Source: Heptranchias perlo (lineage: Eukaryota). Taken from it: a DNA stretch of 64,000 nucleotides. A program made the position numbers and the translations under genes. Each line of letters opens with the position of its first letter. Positions within the stretch are counted from its first letter, which is position 1. The notes under the pieces are model-generated. The model made no database searches and was not told the origin of the DNA. It saw nothing but the letters and a program-made list of their open reading frames with translations. Location: NCBI RefSeq assembly GCF_035084215.1, contig NC_090336.1, positions 29,264,001 to 29,328,000 of the forward strand, read 5' to 3'. This document shows, in pieces, positions 11,801 to 24,258 of the stretch.

Positions 11801-14800
11801 TTAATATTTCAATGGCTTTGAGCCAAGAAACCTCAACCCATTCAGACAATCTGAATTTTAGCTTCTGAAGTCCTGTAGTATTGCTGCACCAGTGGGAAAG
11901 CAGGGGAGAGGACACTTTATTCGCCTGAACAGACAATTTCAGACCCTGCCCCAGATGCCAGGGACAGGGGTTATCTGCATGGATGGGGAAGGCCACTGGA
12001 GGCTGCAAGGGTGCATGAGCAACACCCGCCCCGACATTGGCTCTGAACCGTGGAGTGGCGCCATTTCACTCCAGGGATAATAGAGGGAGCAAAAGTAGGA
12101 CCCAATGAACAGGGTCATTTTTTTCATCATGGCTCTCAGTGTATTAAGGGATACAATTTTAAAAGGGAATCATTCGCCTTTGGGATCAATTAGCTTTCTC
12201 TAACTGTAACACTTTCCTACATGTCTCACTTAAATAAGTGATGACATTGTTTTCTTTGGTCTATTACTTTTCCCAACATATTGTCTTCTTTATTAATCCC
12301 ACCTTCTCTTTTTGAAATTTGATCCTTTGAGACTCACCTCCTTCTTTGCATTGATCATCCGCACCTTGCTCTGTATTCCCAGTATTGTTTTGTTCTATTG
12401 GGGAGGTTTTCTGTGATTCTACATGAATAGAATAAAACACGATAAACAGTATAAACCCCATAGTGTAGAGGAACAGAAACAGAAGTGATAATGCTATTGG
12501 CCAATATTTAAAGAATAAACAGGTATTGCATTGTTGAGCACGATGCAACTTTAACGAAGGAGAAGTGTCATTATTTCTAAGATGGCATCGCATTAAAGAC
12601 CCTTAGAATAATGCAGAATTGTTTCTCAGTCAGAACACTAACTGCTCGTAGGCTTCTCTCGCTTCCCTGAATTTACCTCAGCCAACCAGCTTCAAATAAC
12701 ATTGGCGTAATTGCACAACTTGGTTATTCAAGTGCTCCAGTCATGTTCCAGCACAATATTTGATTCTGATCCAATCATTGTGCACATACTGTACTTTTAT
12801 GTAAGGATACATCAGTGGAGTTACCAGAAGAAAATTACATCAATTCTGAATTTGAGAAAAGAGGAGATTCCTCTTGTCTGAACACGATGGCTCCTGTAAC
12901 AATGCATCTCTCCATCAATAATGTACTGGGGTGTCAGTCCAGATCTATGCACAAGTACGGAACAGGACTTCAATACACTACCATCTGACTGAGGGGCAAG
13001 AGTGCTGAATGAATCAACTAATATTTCCAGGAATTTGGGAAGTCACACTGTGCAGACTTCATTTCTTGGACTACAAACAATTATTTTCTTCACTTTCAAC
13101 ATTAGATAATGTGTTTCACCAAGTTTATTACCTCCACCATCCATAACACGTGTCTTTTGTTGTTTCTCAGTGATGTTTGGATCAGGGTCAGTTTGTGCTG
13201 CCTTATCTCCATCATCTGTTCCTCTTGTGCCCTCGCAAATTGACACTGCGCTCAAACAAACGAAACAACTTTCAGCTTTAATATTTCAAAGGCTTTGAGA
13301 CAAGAAACCTCAACCCATTCAGACAATCTGAATTTTAACTCCTGAAGTCCTGTTGCATTGCTGCACCAGTTGGAAAGCAGGGGAGAGGACACTTTATTCG
13401 CCTGAACAGACAATTTCAGACCCTGCCCCAGATGCCAGGGACAGGGGTTATCTGCATGGATGGGGAAGGCCACTGGAGGCTGCAAGGGTGCATGAGCAAC
13501 ACCCGCCCCGACATTGGCTCTGAACCGTTGGGTGGCACCATTTCACTCCAGGGATAATAGAGGGAGCAAAAGTAGGACCCAATGAACAGGGTCATTTTTT
13601 TTCATCTTTGGCTCTCAGTGTATTAAGGGATACAATTTTAAAAGGGAATCATTCGCCTTTGGGATCAATTAGCTTTCTCTAACTGTAACACTTTCCTACA
13701 TGTCTCACTTAAATAAGTGATGACATTGTTTCCTTTGGTCTAATACTTTTCCCAACATATTATCCTCTTTATTAATCCCACCTTCAGTTCTTTGCTTATT
13801 GTTCTTTTGAGACTCACCTCCTGCTTTGCATTGATCATCTGCACCTTGCTCTGTATTCCCAGTATTGTTTTGTTCTATTGGGGAGATTTTCTGTGATTCT
13901 CCATGAATAGAATAAAACACTATAAACAGTATAAACCCCATAGTGTAGAGGAACAGAAACAGAAGTGATAATGCTATTGGCCAATATTTAAAGAATAAAC
14001 AGGTATTGCATTGTTGAGCACGATGCAACTTTAACGAAGGAGAAGTGTCATTATTTCTAAGATGGCATCGCATTAAAGACCCTTAAAATAATTCAGACTT
14101 GTTTCTCAGTGAGGTTACTATCTGCTCGTAGGCTTTTCTCGGTTCCCTGAATTTACCTCAGTCAACCAGCTTCAAATAATATTGGCGTAATTGCACAACT
14201 TGGTTATTCAAGTGCTCCAGTCAAGTTCCAGCACAATATTTGATTCTGATCCAATCATTGTGCACATACTGTACTTTTATGTAAGGATACATCAGTGGAG
14301 TTACCAGAAGAAAATTACATCAATTCTGAATTTGAGAAAAGAGGAGATTCCTCTTGTCTGAATACGATGGCTCCTGTAACAATGCATCTTTCCATCAATA
14401 ATGTACCGGGGTGTCAGTCAAGATCTATGCACACGTACGGAACAGGTCTTCAACACACTACCTTCTGACTGAGGGGCAAGAGTGCTGAATGAATCAACTA
14501 ATATTTCCAGGAATTTGGGAAGTCACACTGTGCAGACTTCATTTCCTGGACTACAAACAATTATTTTCTTCACTTTCAACATTAGATAAGATGTATCACC
14601 AAGTTTATTACCTCCACCATCCTTTACACTTGTCTTTTGTTGTTCCTCAGTGCTTTGTGGATCAGGGTCAGTTTGTGCTGCCTTTTCTCCATCATCTGTT
14701 CCTCTTGTGTCCTTTGGCGTTGACACTGCGCTCAAACAAAGGAACGAACTTTCAGTTTTAATATTTCAATGGCTTTGAGCCAAGAAACCTCAACCCATTC

Positions 14801-17800
14801 AGACAATCTGAATTTTAGCTTCTGAAGTCCTGTAGTATTGCTGCACCAGTGGGAAAGCAGGGGAGAGGACACTTTATTCGCCTGAACAGACAATTTCAGA
14901 CCCTGCCCCAGATGCCAGGGACAGGGGTTATCTGCATGGATGGGGAAGGCCACTGGAGGCTGCAAGGGTGCATGAGCAACACCCGCCCCGACATTGGCTC
15001 TGAACCGTGGAGTGGCGCCATTTCACTCCAGGGATAATAGAGGGAGCAAAAGTAGGACCCAATGAACAGGGTCATTTTTTTCATCATGGCTCTCAGTGTA
15101 TTAAGGGATACAATTTTAAAAGGGAATCATTCGCCTTTGGGATCAATTAGCTTTCTCTAACTGTAACACTTTCCTACATGTCTCACTTAAATAAGTGATG
15201 ACATTGTTTTCTTTGGTCTATTACTTTTCCCAACATATTGTCTTCTTTATTAATCCCACCTTCTCTTTTTGAAATTTGATCCTTTGAGACTCACCTCCTT
15301 CTTTGCATTGATCATCCGCACCTTGCTCTGTATTCCCAGTATTGTTTTGTTCTATTGGGGAGGTTTTCTGTGATTCTACATGAATAGAATAAAACACGAT
15401 AAACAGTATAAACCCCATAGTGTAGAGGAACAGAAACAGAAGTGATAATGCTATTGGCCAATATTTAAAGAATAAACAGGTATTGCATTGTTGAGCACGA
15501 TGCAACTTTAACGAAGGAGAAGTGTCATTATTTCTAAGATGGCATCGCATTAAAGACCCTTAGAATAATGCAGAATTGTTTCTCAGTCAGAACACTAACT
15601 GCTCGTAGGCTTCTCTCGCTTCCCTGAATTTACCTCAGCCAACCAGCTTCAAATAACATTGGCGTAATTGCACAACTTGGTTATTCAAGTGCTCCAGTCA
15701 TGTTCCAGCACAATATTTGATTCTGATCCAATCATTGTGCACATACTGTACTTTTATGTAAGGATACATCAGTGGAGTTACCAGAAGAAAATTACATCAA
15801 TTCTGAATTTGAGAAAAGAGGAGATTCCTCTTGTCTGAACACGATGGCTCCTGTAACAATGCATCTCTCCATCAATAATGTACTGGGGTGTCAGTCCAGA
15901 TCTATGCACAAGTACGGAACAGACTTCAATACACTACCATCTGACTGAGGGGCAAGAGTGCTGAATGAATCAACTAATATTTCCAGGAATTTGGGAAGTC
16001 ACACTGTGCAGACTTCATTTCTTGGACTACAAACAATTATTTTCTTCACTTTCAACATTAGATAATGTGTTTCACCAAGTTTATTACCTCCACCATCCAT
16101 AACACGTGTCTTTTGTTGTTTCTCAGTGATGTTTGGATCAGGGTCAGTTTGTGCTGCCTTATCTCCATCATCTGTTCCTCTTGTGCCCTCGCAAATTGAC
16201 ACTGCGCTCAAACAAACGAAACAACTTTCAGCTTTAATATTTCAAAGGCTTTGAGACAAGAAACCTCAACCCATTCAGACAATCTGAATTTTAACTCCTG
16301 AAGTCCTGTTGCATTGCTGCACCCGTGGGAATGCAGAGGAGCGGACACTATATTCGCCTGAACAGACAATTCCAGACCCTGTCCCAGATGTCAGGGTCAG
16401 GGATCTTCGACATGGATGGGGAAGGCCACTGGAGGCTGCAGGGTGCATGAGCGACACCCGCCTCGACATTGGCTCTGAACATTGGAGTGGCACCATGTCA
16501 CTCCGAGGATACTAAAGGGAGCACAGGAAGGACCCCTAGAATGGGGCCATTTTTTTCATTTTTGGCTCTCAGTGTATTAAGGGATACAATTTTGAAAGGG
16601 AATCATTCACCTTTAGGATCAATTAGCTTTATCTAACTGTAACATTTTCCTAAATGTCTCACTTAATTAAAAGAGGCCTTTTTTCCTTCGGTCTAATACT
16701 TTTCCCAACATATTATCTTCTTTATTAATCCCACCTTCAGTTCTTTGCTTATTGATCCTTTGAAACACACCTTCATTGCATTGATCATCTGCACCTTGCT
16801 CTGTTTTCTCATTATTGTTTTGTTCTACTGTGGAAACTTTCTGTGATTCTACATGAATAGAATAAAACACTATAAACAGTATAAACCCCATAGTGTAATG
16901 GAGCAGAAACAGGAGTGATAATATCTTTGGCCAATATTTAAAGAATAAACAGGTGTTCAGTTGAGCACGATGCAACTTTATCACAGGAGAAGTGTCATTA
17001 TTTCTAAGATGGCATCGCATTAAAGACCCTTGAAATAATGCAGACTTGTTTCTCAGTGAGGTTACTATCTGCTCGGAGGCTTTTCTCGGTTCCCCAAATT
17101 TACCTCAATCAACCAGCTTCAAATAATATTGGCGTAATGGCGCAGCTTGGTTATTCAAGTGCTCCAGTCATGTTCCAGCACGATATTTGATTCTGATCCA
17201 ATCATTGTGCACATACTGTACTTTTATGTAAGGATACATCGGTGGAATTACAGAAGAAAATTACATCAATTCTGAATTTGTGAAAAAAGAGATTCCTCTG
17301 GTCTGAATACGATGGTGCCTGTAACAATGCATCTTTCCATCAATAATGTACTGGGGTGTCAGTCGAGATATATACACAAGTACGGAATAGATCTTCATCA
17401 CACGGCCTTCAGGGAATACAGTATTGAATGAAGCAACTAATATTTCCAGGAATTTGGGAAGTCACACTGTGCAGACTTCATTTCCTAGACTACAAACAAT
17501 TATTTTCTTCACTTTCAACATTAGATAAGGTGTTTCACCAAGTTTATTACCTCCACCATCCTTTACACTTGTCTTTTGTTGTTCCTCAGTGCTTTGTGGA
17601 TCAGGGTCAGTTTGTCCTGCCTTTTCTCCATCATCTGTTCCTCTTGTGTCCTTTGGCTTTGACACTGCGCTCAAACAAAGGAACGAACTTTCAGTTTTAA
17701 TATTTCAAAGGCTTTGAGCCAAGAAACCTCAACCCATTCAGACAATCTGAATTTTAGCTTCTGAAGTCCTGTAGTATTGCTGCACCAGTTGGAAAGCAGG

Positions 17801-18992
17801 GGAGAGGACACTTTATTCGCCTGAACAGACAATTTCAGACCCTGCCCCAGATGCCAGGGACAGGGGTCATCTGCATGGATGGGGAAGGCCACTGGAGGCT
17901 GCAAGGGTGCATGAGCAACACCCGCCCCGACATTGGCTCTGAACCGTTGGGTGGCACCATTTCACTCCAGGGATAATAGAGGGAGCAAAAGTAGGACCCA
18001 ATGAACAGGGTCATTTTTTTTCATCTTTGGCTCTCAGTGTATTAAGGGATACAATTTTAAAAGGGAATCATTCGCCTTTGGGATCAATTAGCTTTCTCTA
18101 ACTGTAACACTTTCCTACATGTCTCACTTAAATAAGTGATGACATTGTTTCCTTTGGTCTAATACTTTCCCCAACATATTATCCTCTTTATTAATCCCAC
18201 CTTCAGTTCTTTGCTTATTGTTCTTTTGAGACTCACCTCCTGCTTTGCATTGATCATCTGCACCTTGCTCTGTATTCCCAGTATTGTTTTGTTCTATTGG
18301 GGAGATTTTCTGTGATTCTGCATGAGTCGAATAAAACACTATAAACAGTATAAACCCGCTAGTGTTGAGGAGCAGAAACAGTAGTGATAATGCCATTGGC
18401 CAATATTTAAAGAATAAACAGGTATTCAGTTGAGCACGATGCAACTTTAACGAAGGAGAAGTGTCATTATTTCTAAGATGGCATCGCATTAAAGACCCTT
18501 AGCATAATGCAGACTTGTTTCTCAGTGAGAACACTAACTGCTCGTAGGCTTCTCTCGCTTCCCTGAATTTACCTCAGTCAACCAGCTTCAAATAATATTA
18601 GTGTAATTGCACAACTTGGTTATTCAAGTGCTCCAGTCATGTTCCAGCACGATACTTTATTCTGATCCAATCATTCTGCACATACTGTACTTTTATGTAA
18701 GGATACATCAGTGGAGTTACCAGAAGAAAATTACATCAATTCTGAATTTGAAAAAAGAGGAGATTCCCCTCGTCTGAATACGATGGCTCCTGTAACAATG
18801 TATCTTTCCATCAATAATGTACAGGGGTGTCAGTCGAGATATATGCACAAGTACGGAATAGGACTTCAATACACTATCATCTGACTGAGGGGCAAGAGTT
18901 ACCGAATGAAGCAACTAATATTTCACGGAATTTGGGAAGTCACAATGTTGTATATGCATTCAAGTCTGCACAATTATTGTTTTCACTTTCAT

Positions 18993-20525
18993 CGAATCAT
19001 AGAAAGTTTACAGCACGGAAGGAGGCCGTTCGGCCCATCGAGTCCGTGCCGAGTCTATGCAAGAGCAATCCAGCTAGTCCCACTCCTCTGCTCTATTCTC
19101 GTAGCCTGCAAGTTTTTTCCTTTCAAGTACTTATCCAGTTCCCTTTTGAAAGCCACGATTGAATCTGCCTCCATCACCCTATATAAGAACATAAGAACAT
19201 AAGAAATAGGAGCAGGTGTAGGCCAATCGGCCCCTCGAGCCTGCTCCGCCATTCAATAAGATCATTGCTGATCTGATCCTAACCTCAAATCTAAATTCAT
19301 GTCCAATTTCCTGCCTGCTCCCCATAACCCCTAATTCCCTTTACTTCTAGGAAACTGTCTATTTCTGTTTTAAATTTATTTAATGATGTAGCTTCCACAG
19401 CTTCCTGGGGCAGCAAATTCCACAGACCTACTACCCTCTGAGTGAAGAAGTTTCTCCTCATCTCAGTTTTGAAAGAGCAGCCCCTTATTCTAAGATTATG
19501 CCCCCGAGTTCTAGTTTCACCCATCCTTGGGAACATCCTTACCGCATCCACCCGATCAAGCCCCTTCACAATCTTATGTGTTTCAATAAGATCGCCTCTC
19601 ATTCTTCTGAACTCCAATGAGTAGAGTCCCAATCTACTCAACCTCTCCTCATATGTCCACCCCCTCATCTCCGGGATTAACCGAGTGAACCTTCTTTGTA
19701 CTGCCTCTAGAGCAAGTATGTCTTGTCTTAAGTATGGAGACCAAAACTGTATGCAGTATTCCAGGTGCGGTCTCACCAATACCTTATATAACTGCAGCAA
19801 TACCTCCCTGTTTTTATATTCTATCCCCCTAGCAATAAAAGCCAACATTCTGTTGGCCTTCTTGATCACCTGCTGCACCTGCATACTAACTTTTCGATTT
19901 TCTTGCACTAGGACCCCCAGATCCCTTTGTACTGCAGTACTTTCCAGTTTTTCGCCATTAAGATAATAACTTGCTCTCTGATTTTTCCTGCCAAAGTGCA
20001 TAACCTCACATTTTCCAATATTGTATTGCATCTGCCAAATCTCCGCCCACTCACCCAGCCTGTCTATATCCCCTTGTAGGTTTTTTATGTCCTCCTCACT
20101 CTCTACTTTCCCTCCCATCTTTGTATCATCTGCAAACTTTGATATGTTACACTCGGTCCCCTCCTCCAAATCGTTAATATAGATTGTAAAGAGTTGGGGA
20201 CCCAGCACCGACCCCTGCGGAACACCACTGGCTACAGGTTGCCTGTCCGAGAATGAACCATTTATCCCAACTCTCTTCTTCCTGTTAGATAACCAATCCT
20301 CCACCCATGCCAGAATATTACCCCCAATCCAGTGATTCTTTATCTTGAGCAATAATCCTTTATGTGGCACCTTGTCGAATGCCTTCTGGAAGTCTCAATA
20401 CATTACATCCACTGGTTCCCCTTTATCCACCCTGCCAGCAGTGCATTCCTGATCCTAACCACTCTCTGTGTAAAAAGGTTTTTCCTCATGTCACCTATAG
20501 TTAATTTGCCAATCACTTTAATTCT
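18993..20525 (-). mobile_element. Nested CR1 LINEs: a younger RT fragment (~19181-20430) inside an older CR1 3' end
   Basis: ORF 19297-20370 has GVPQGSVLGP, KFADD and the CR1 C-terminus; tail (aagaacat)n; CACCCT on both sides of the inner copy. Confidence 0.88.
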
Positions 20526-23250
20526 ATTCAATTCCTGGACTACAAACAATAGTAGATAAGGTCTTTCACCAAATTTATTACCTCCACTGTCCTTTGCATT
20601 TATGTTTTCTTGTTTCTCAGTATTGTGAGCATCAGGGTCACAATACTGCCTTATATATATCACCTGTTTCTCTTGTGTCCTCTGCCTTTGACACTGCAAC
20701 AGACAGAGCACAGGAAGGACCCAATGCACAGGGTCATTTTTTACATCTTTTGCACCCAATGTATTAAGAGATACAATTTTAAATGGGAATTGTTGACCTT
20801 TGGAATCAATTAGTTTTATCTGACACTCTCCTGAATGTCTCACCTTAAATATATGATGATATTTTTTCATTAGGTCAGATATTTACCCAACATATTGTCT
20901 TCTTTATTAATCTCACCTTGAGTTCCTTGCTTATTGATCCTTTCAAACTTGCCTTCTTCATTGCAGCGATCATAGGAACATTGGAACATCGTAACAGGAG
21001 TAGGCCATTCAGTCCCTCGTGCCTGCTCCGCCATTTGATAAGATAATGGCTGATCTGTGCTCTAACTCCATATACCTGCCTTTGGCCCATATCCCTTAAT
21101 ACCTTTGGCTGCCAAAAAGCTATCTATCTCAGTTTTAAATTTAGCAATTGAGCTAGTATCAATTGCCGTTTGCGGAAGAGAGTTCCAAACTTCTACCACC
21201 CTTTGTGTGTAGAAATGTTTTCTAATCTCGCTCCTGAAAGGTCTGGCTCTAATTTTTAGACTCTGCCCCCTACTCCTAAAATCCCCAACCAGCGGAAATA
21301 GTTTCTCTCTATCCACCCTATCTGTTCCCCTTAATATCTTATAAACTTCGATCAGATCACCCCTCAACCTTCGAAACTCTAGAGAATACAACCCCAATTT
21401 GTGTAATTTCTCCTCGTAACTTAACCCTTGAAGTCCGGGTATCATTCTAGTAAACCTACACTGCACTCCCTCCAAGGCCAATATGTTTTCCGAAGGCACA
21501 GTGCCCAGAATTGCTCACAGTACTCCAGGTGCGGTCTAACCAGGGTTTTGTATAGCTGCAGCATAACTTCTGCCCCCTTGTACTCTAGTCCTCTCCATAT
21601 AAAGGCCAGCATTCCATTAGCCTTATTGATTATTTTCTGCACCTGTTCATGACACTTCAATGATCTATGTACCTGAACCCCTAAGTCCCTTTGGACATCC
21701 ACTGTTTTTAACTTTTTACCATTTAGAAAGTACCCTGTTCTATCCTTTTTTGATCCAAAGTGGATGACCTCACATTTGTCTGCATTGAATTCCATTTGCC
21801 ACTGTTTTGCCCATTCACCTAATCTATCAATATCCCTTTGTAATTTTATGTTTTCATCTACACTGCTTATAATCAATACCTTGCTCTGTTTTCTGAATAT
21901 TGCTTTGTTCTATTGCGGGGGGTTCCTGTGATTCTACATGAATAGATAAAAACAATATGAACAGTATAAACCCCATAGTGCAGAGGAGCAGAAACAGCAG
22001 TGATAACGCTATTGACCAATACTGAAAGAGTAGGCATGTATTCTGTTGAGCACGATGCAACTTTATCAAAGTAGAAATGTCGTTATTTCTCAGATTGGCG
22101 CCACATTAAAGACCCTGACAATAATCCAGAATTGTTGCTCACTGAGAATATTATCTGCTGGTCGGATTCACTCTCTGCAATTAATTTTCCTCAGTCAACT
22201 AGCTTCAAATAGTATTGGCAGAATTCCACAACTTGGTTCTTCATTTGCCCCATTTAGGTTCTAGCTTGATATTTTATTCTGATCTAACCATTGTGCAAGG
22301 ATGATGTAAGGATACATCAGCGGAGTTCTCAGTAGAAAATTTCATCAATTCTGAATTTGAGAAAAGAGGAGATTCCTCTAGTCTGAATACGATGGCTGCT
22401 GTGACAATGCAATTTTCCATCAATAATGGACTGGGGTGTCAGTCGAGATATTTGCTCAAGTCCTGGAATAGGACTTCAACACACTACCTTCTGTCTCAGA
22501 GGCAAGAGTATTTCCAGGAATTTGGGAAGTCACACTGTGCAGACTTCAATTCCTGGACTACAAACAATTCTTTTTTTCACTTTCAATAGTACATAAGGTG
22601 TTTCACCAAATTTACTACCTCCACCATCCTTTACATTTGTTGTCTTTTCTTGTTTCTCAATACTGTATACATCAGGGTTATTTTGTGCTGCCTTAACTCC
22701 ATCGCCTGTTTCTTTTGTGTCCTCTGCCTAGACACTGCACTCAAATAAAGGAAAAGACTTCCAGGTTTAATGTTTCAACGGTTTTGAGACAAGAAACCTC
22801 AACCCATTCAGACAATCTGAACTTTAGCTCCTGAAGTCCTGTTGCATTGCTGCACCAGTGGGAAAGCAGAGGAGCGGACACTATATTCGCCTGAACAGAC
22901 AATTTCAGATCCTGTCCCAGATACCAGGGACAGGGATCTTCGGCATGGATGTGGATGTCCCCTGTAGGCTGCAAGGGTGCATGAGCAACGCCCGTCCCGA
23001 CATCGGCCCTGAACCTTGGATTGGCACCATGTCACTCCGAGGACGGTAGAGGGAGCGCATCTTTGGTTTCCAGTATATTAAAATGAAAGAAGGGCTTGCA
23101 TCTATATAGCGCCTTTTACAACCTCAGGACGTCCCGAAACGCTTCACAGCTAATGAAGTACTTTTGAAATTTAGTCACTGAAGTAATGTAGGAATTAAGG
23201 GATACATTTTAAAAGGGCAATCCTACACCTTTGGGATCAGCTAGCTTTAG
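20526..23250. repeat. Diverged, TE-disrupted distal units of the exon array
   Basis: Same unit blocks but more divergent. Exon-A copies are 112 bp (20582-20693) and 116 bp (22619-22734); the exon-B copy is split by a CR1. Confidence 0.88.
20972..21870 (-). mobile_element. 5'-truncated CR1 LINE inserted within an exon-B copy
   Basis: ORFs 21062-21499 and 21442-21876 encode the CR1 RT C-terminus; the flanks rejoin as ...EQGID|RCNEE. Confidence 0.88.
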
Positions 23251-24258
23251 CTGGTGAGGTTTGGGGATTTGAAAAGGCTTCAATAGCACTTATCTGAGCT
23301 CTTAGTTAACAAGAAGTTTGTTGAGGCAAGATTTGTGGCTGCAGTAGGCGGAGTTTCCAGGGTCACCTGGGAATTTCCCTAGACATTCCCCTGAATGTGG
23401 GAAATGGACGGAGAATATCTAGCCGCATTACGCTCACCCTCCCCCGACCCCGGCACAGAAAATAGTTATCCTGAAGATATGCAATGGACTCCCGGCAGAA
23501 CAAGTTTCAGCCCTAAACAGTGGCTCTTCGCTCATTCTCCTTTTCCACCTTCCCCATTGCAAGGAACTTCAGGGTCTTAATGTTACGGACATTACTAGCA
23601 TAAAATGAGTTCTGATGAAAGATCATCAACCTGATAGAGTTATCTTTAATGCAATATACATTGTGCTCGAGCTTATTGTATTTTGCTCTTTTTAAACTAC
23701 AGATTATAGAAACAATAAAAAAATTCACAATTGTTAGATTGATTTTAGAAAATAAAATAATTTAGAATATAGAACAGTGAAACCTGTGACAGTCACAACT
23801 TATTAATTCTGTTTTTCTGTTTAAATACACGATCATTAATGTATCCCCCAAACCCTTTGCTTCGCTCTTGCATTTATGCAGTTGAAAACAGTATTTCTTA
23901 TGAGAAAAATCTGGGCCACAGTATTACGGACAGGTGACTGTACACATGTCACGCACAAAGTGTTTGAGTCAGTGCCCACGTTTGAGGATGAAAAGCAGCC
24001 TGGATCTGGGCTGCGCCCCTCACAGTTGCCACCTGACGCTGCTGCTGTACTAGGGGATGGAACGCTGCTGCCCACTGTGAGCATGAATTCTCACGTTAGT
24101 TTTGTTTTCATCCACAGCTTGCAGCAGAATTACATTCCCCAGAGTGGCAGCAGCTTTAAGTAGGAGCAAGGAGCTCTTTAAAGAAGAATCCTGACATGAA
24201 CCAGGAGGAGGCAGAGTACTGATGTGATCTGAGTGGGGAAAAGAGAGAAGAAACTGCA

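Larger units (their letters stand above)
7852..18990. repeat. Tandem array of ~1478-bp units (~7.5 units) with a 2957-bp A/B higher-order repeat
   Basis: Identical ORF sets recur at 8575/11532/14489 (period 2957); alternating variants occur at ~1477-1480 spacing. Confidence 0.97.

Noticed and set aside
7815-18489. Repeated 109-122 aa ORFs (MRCHLRNND...LSLLFLFLYTMGFILFIVF) as small membrane proteins
   Set aside because: The hydrophobic stretch is the translated T-rich acceptor tract upstream of exon B, and the C-termini vary by intronic frameshifts.
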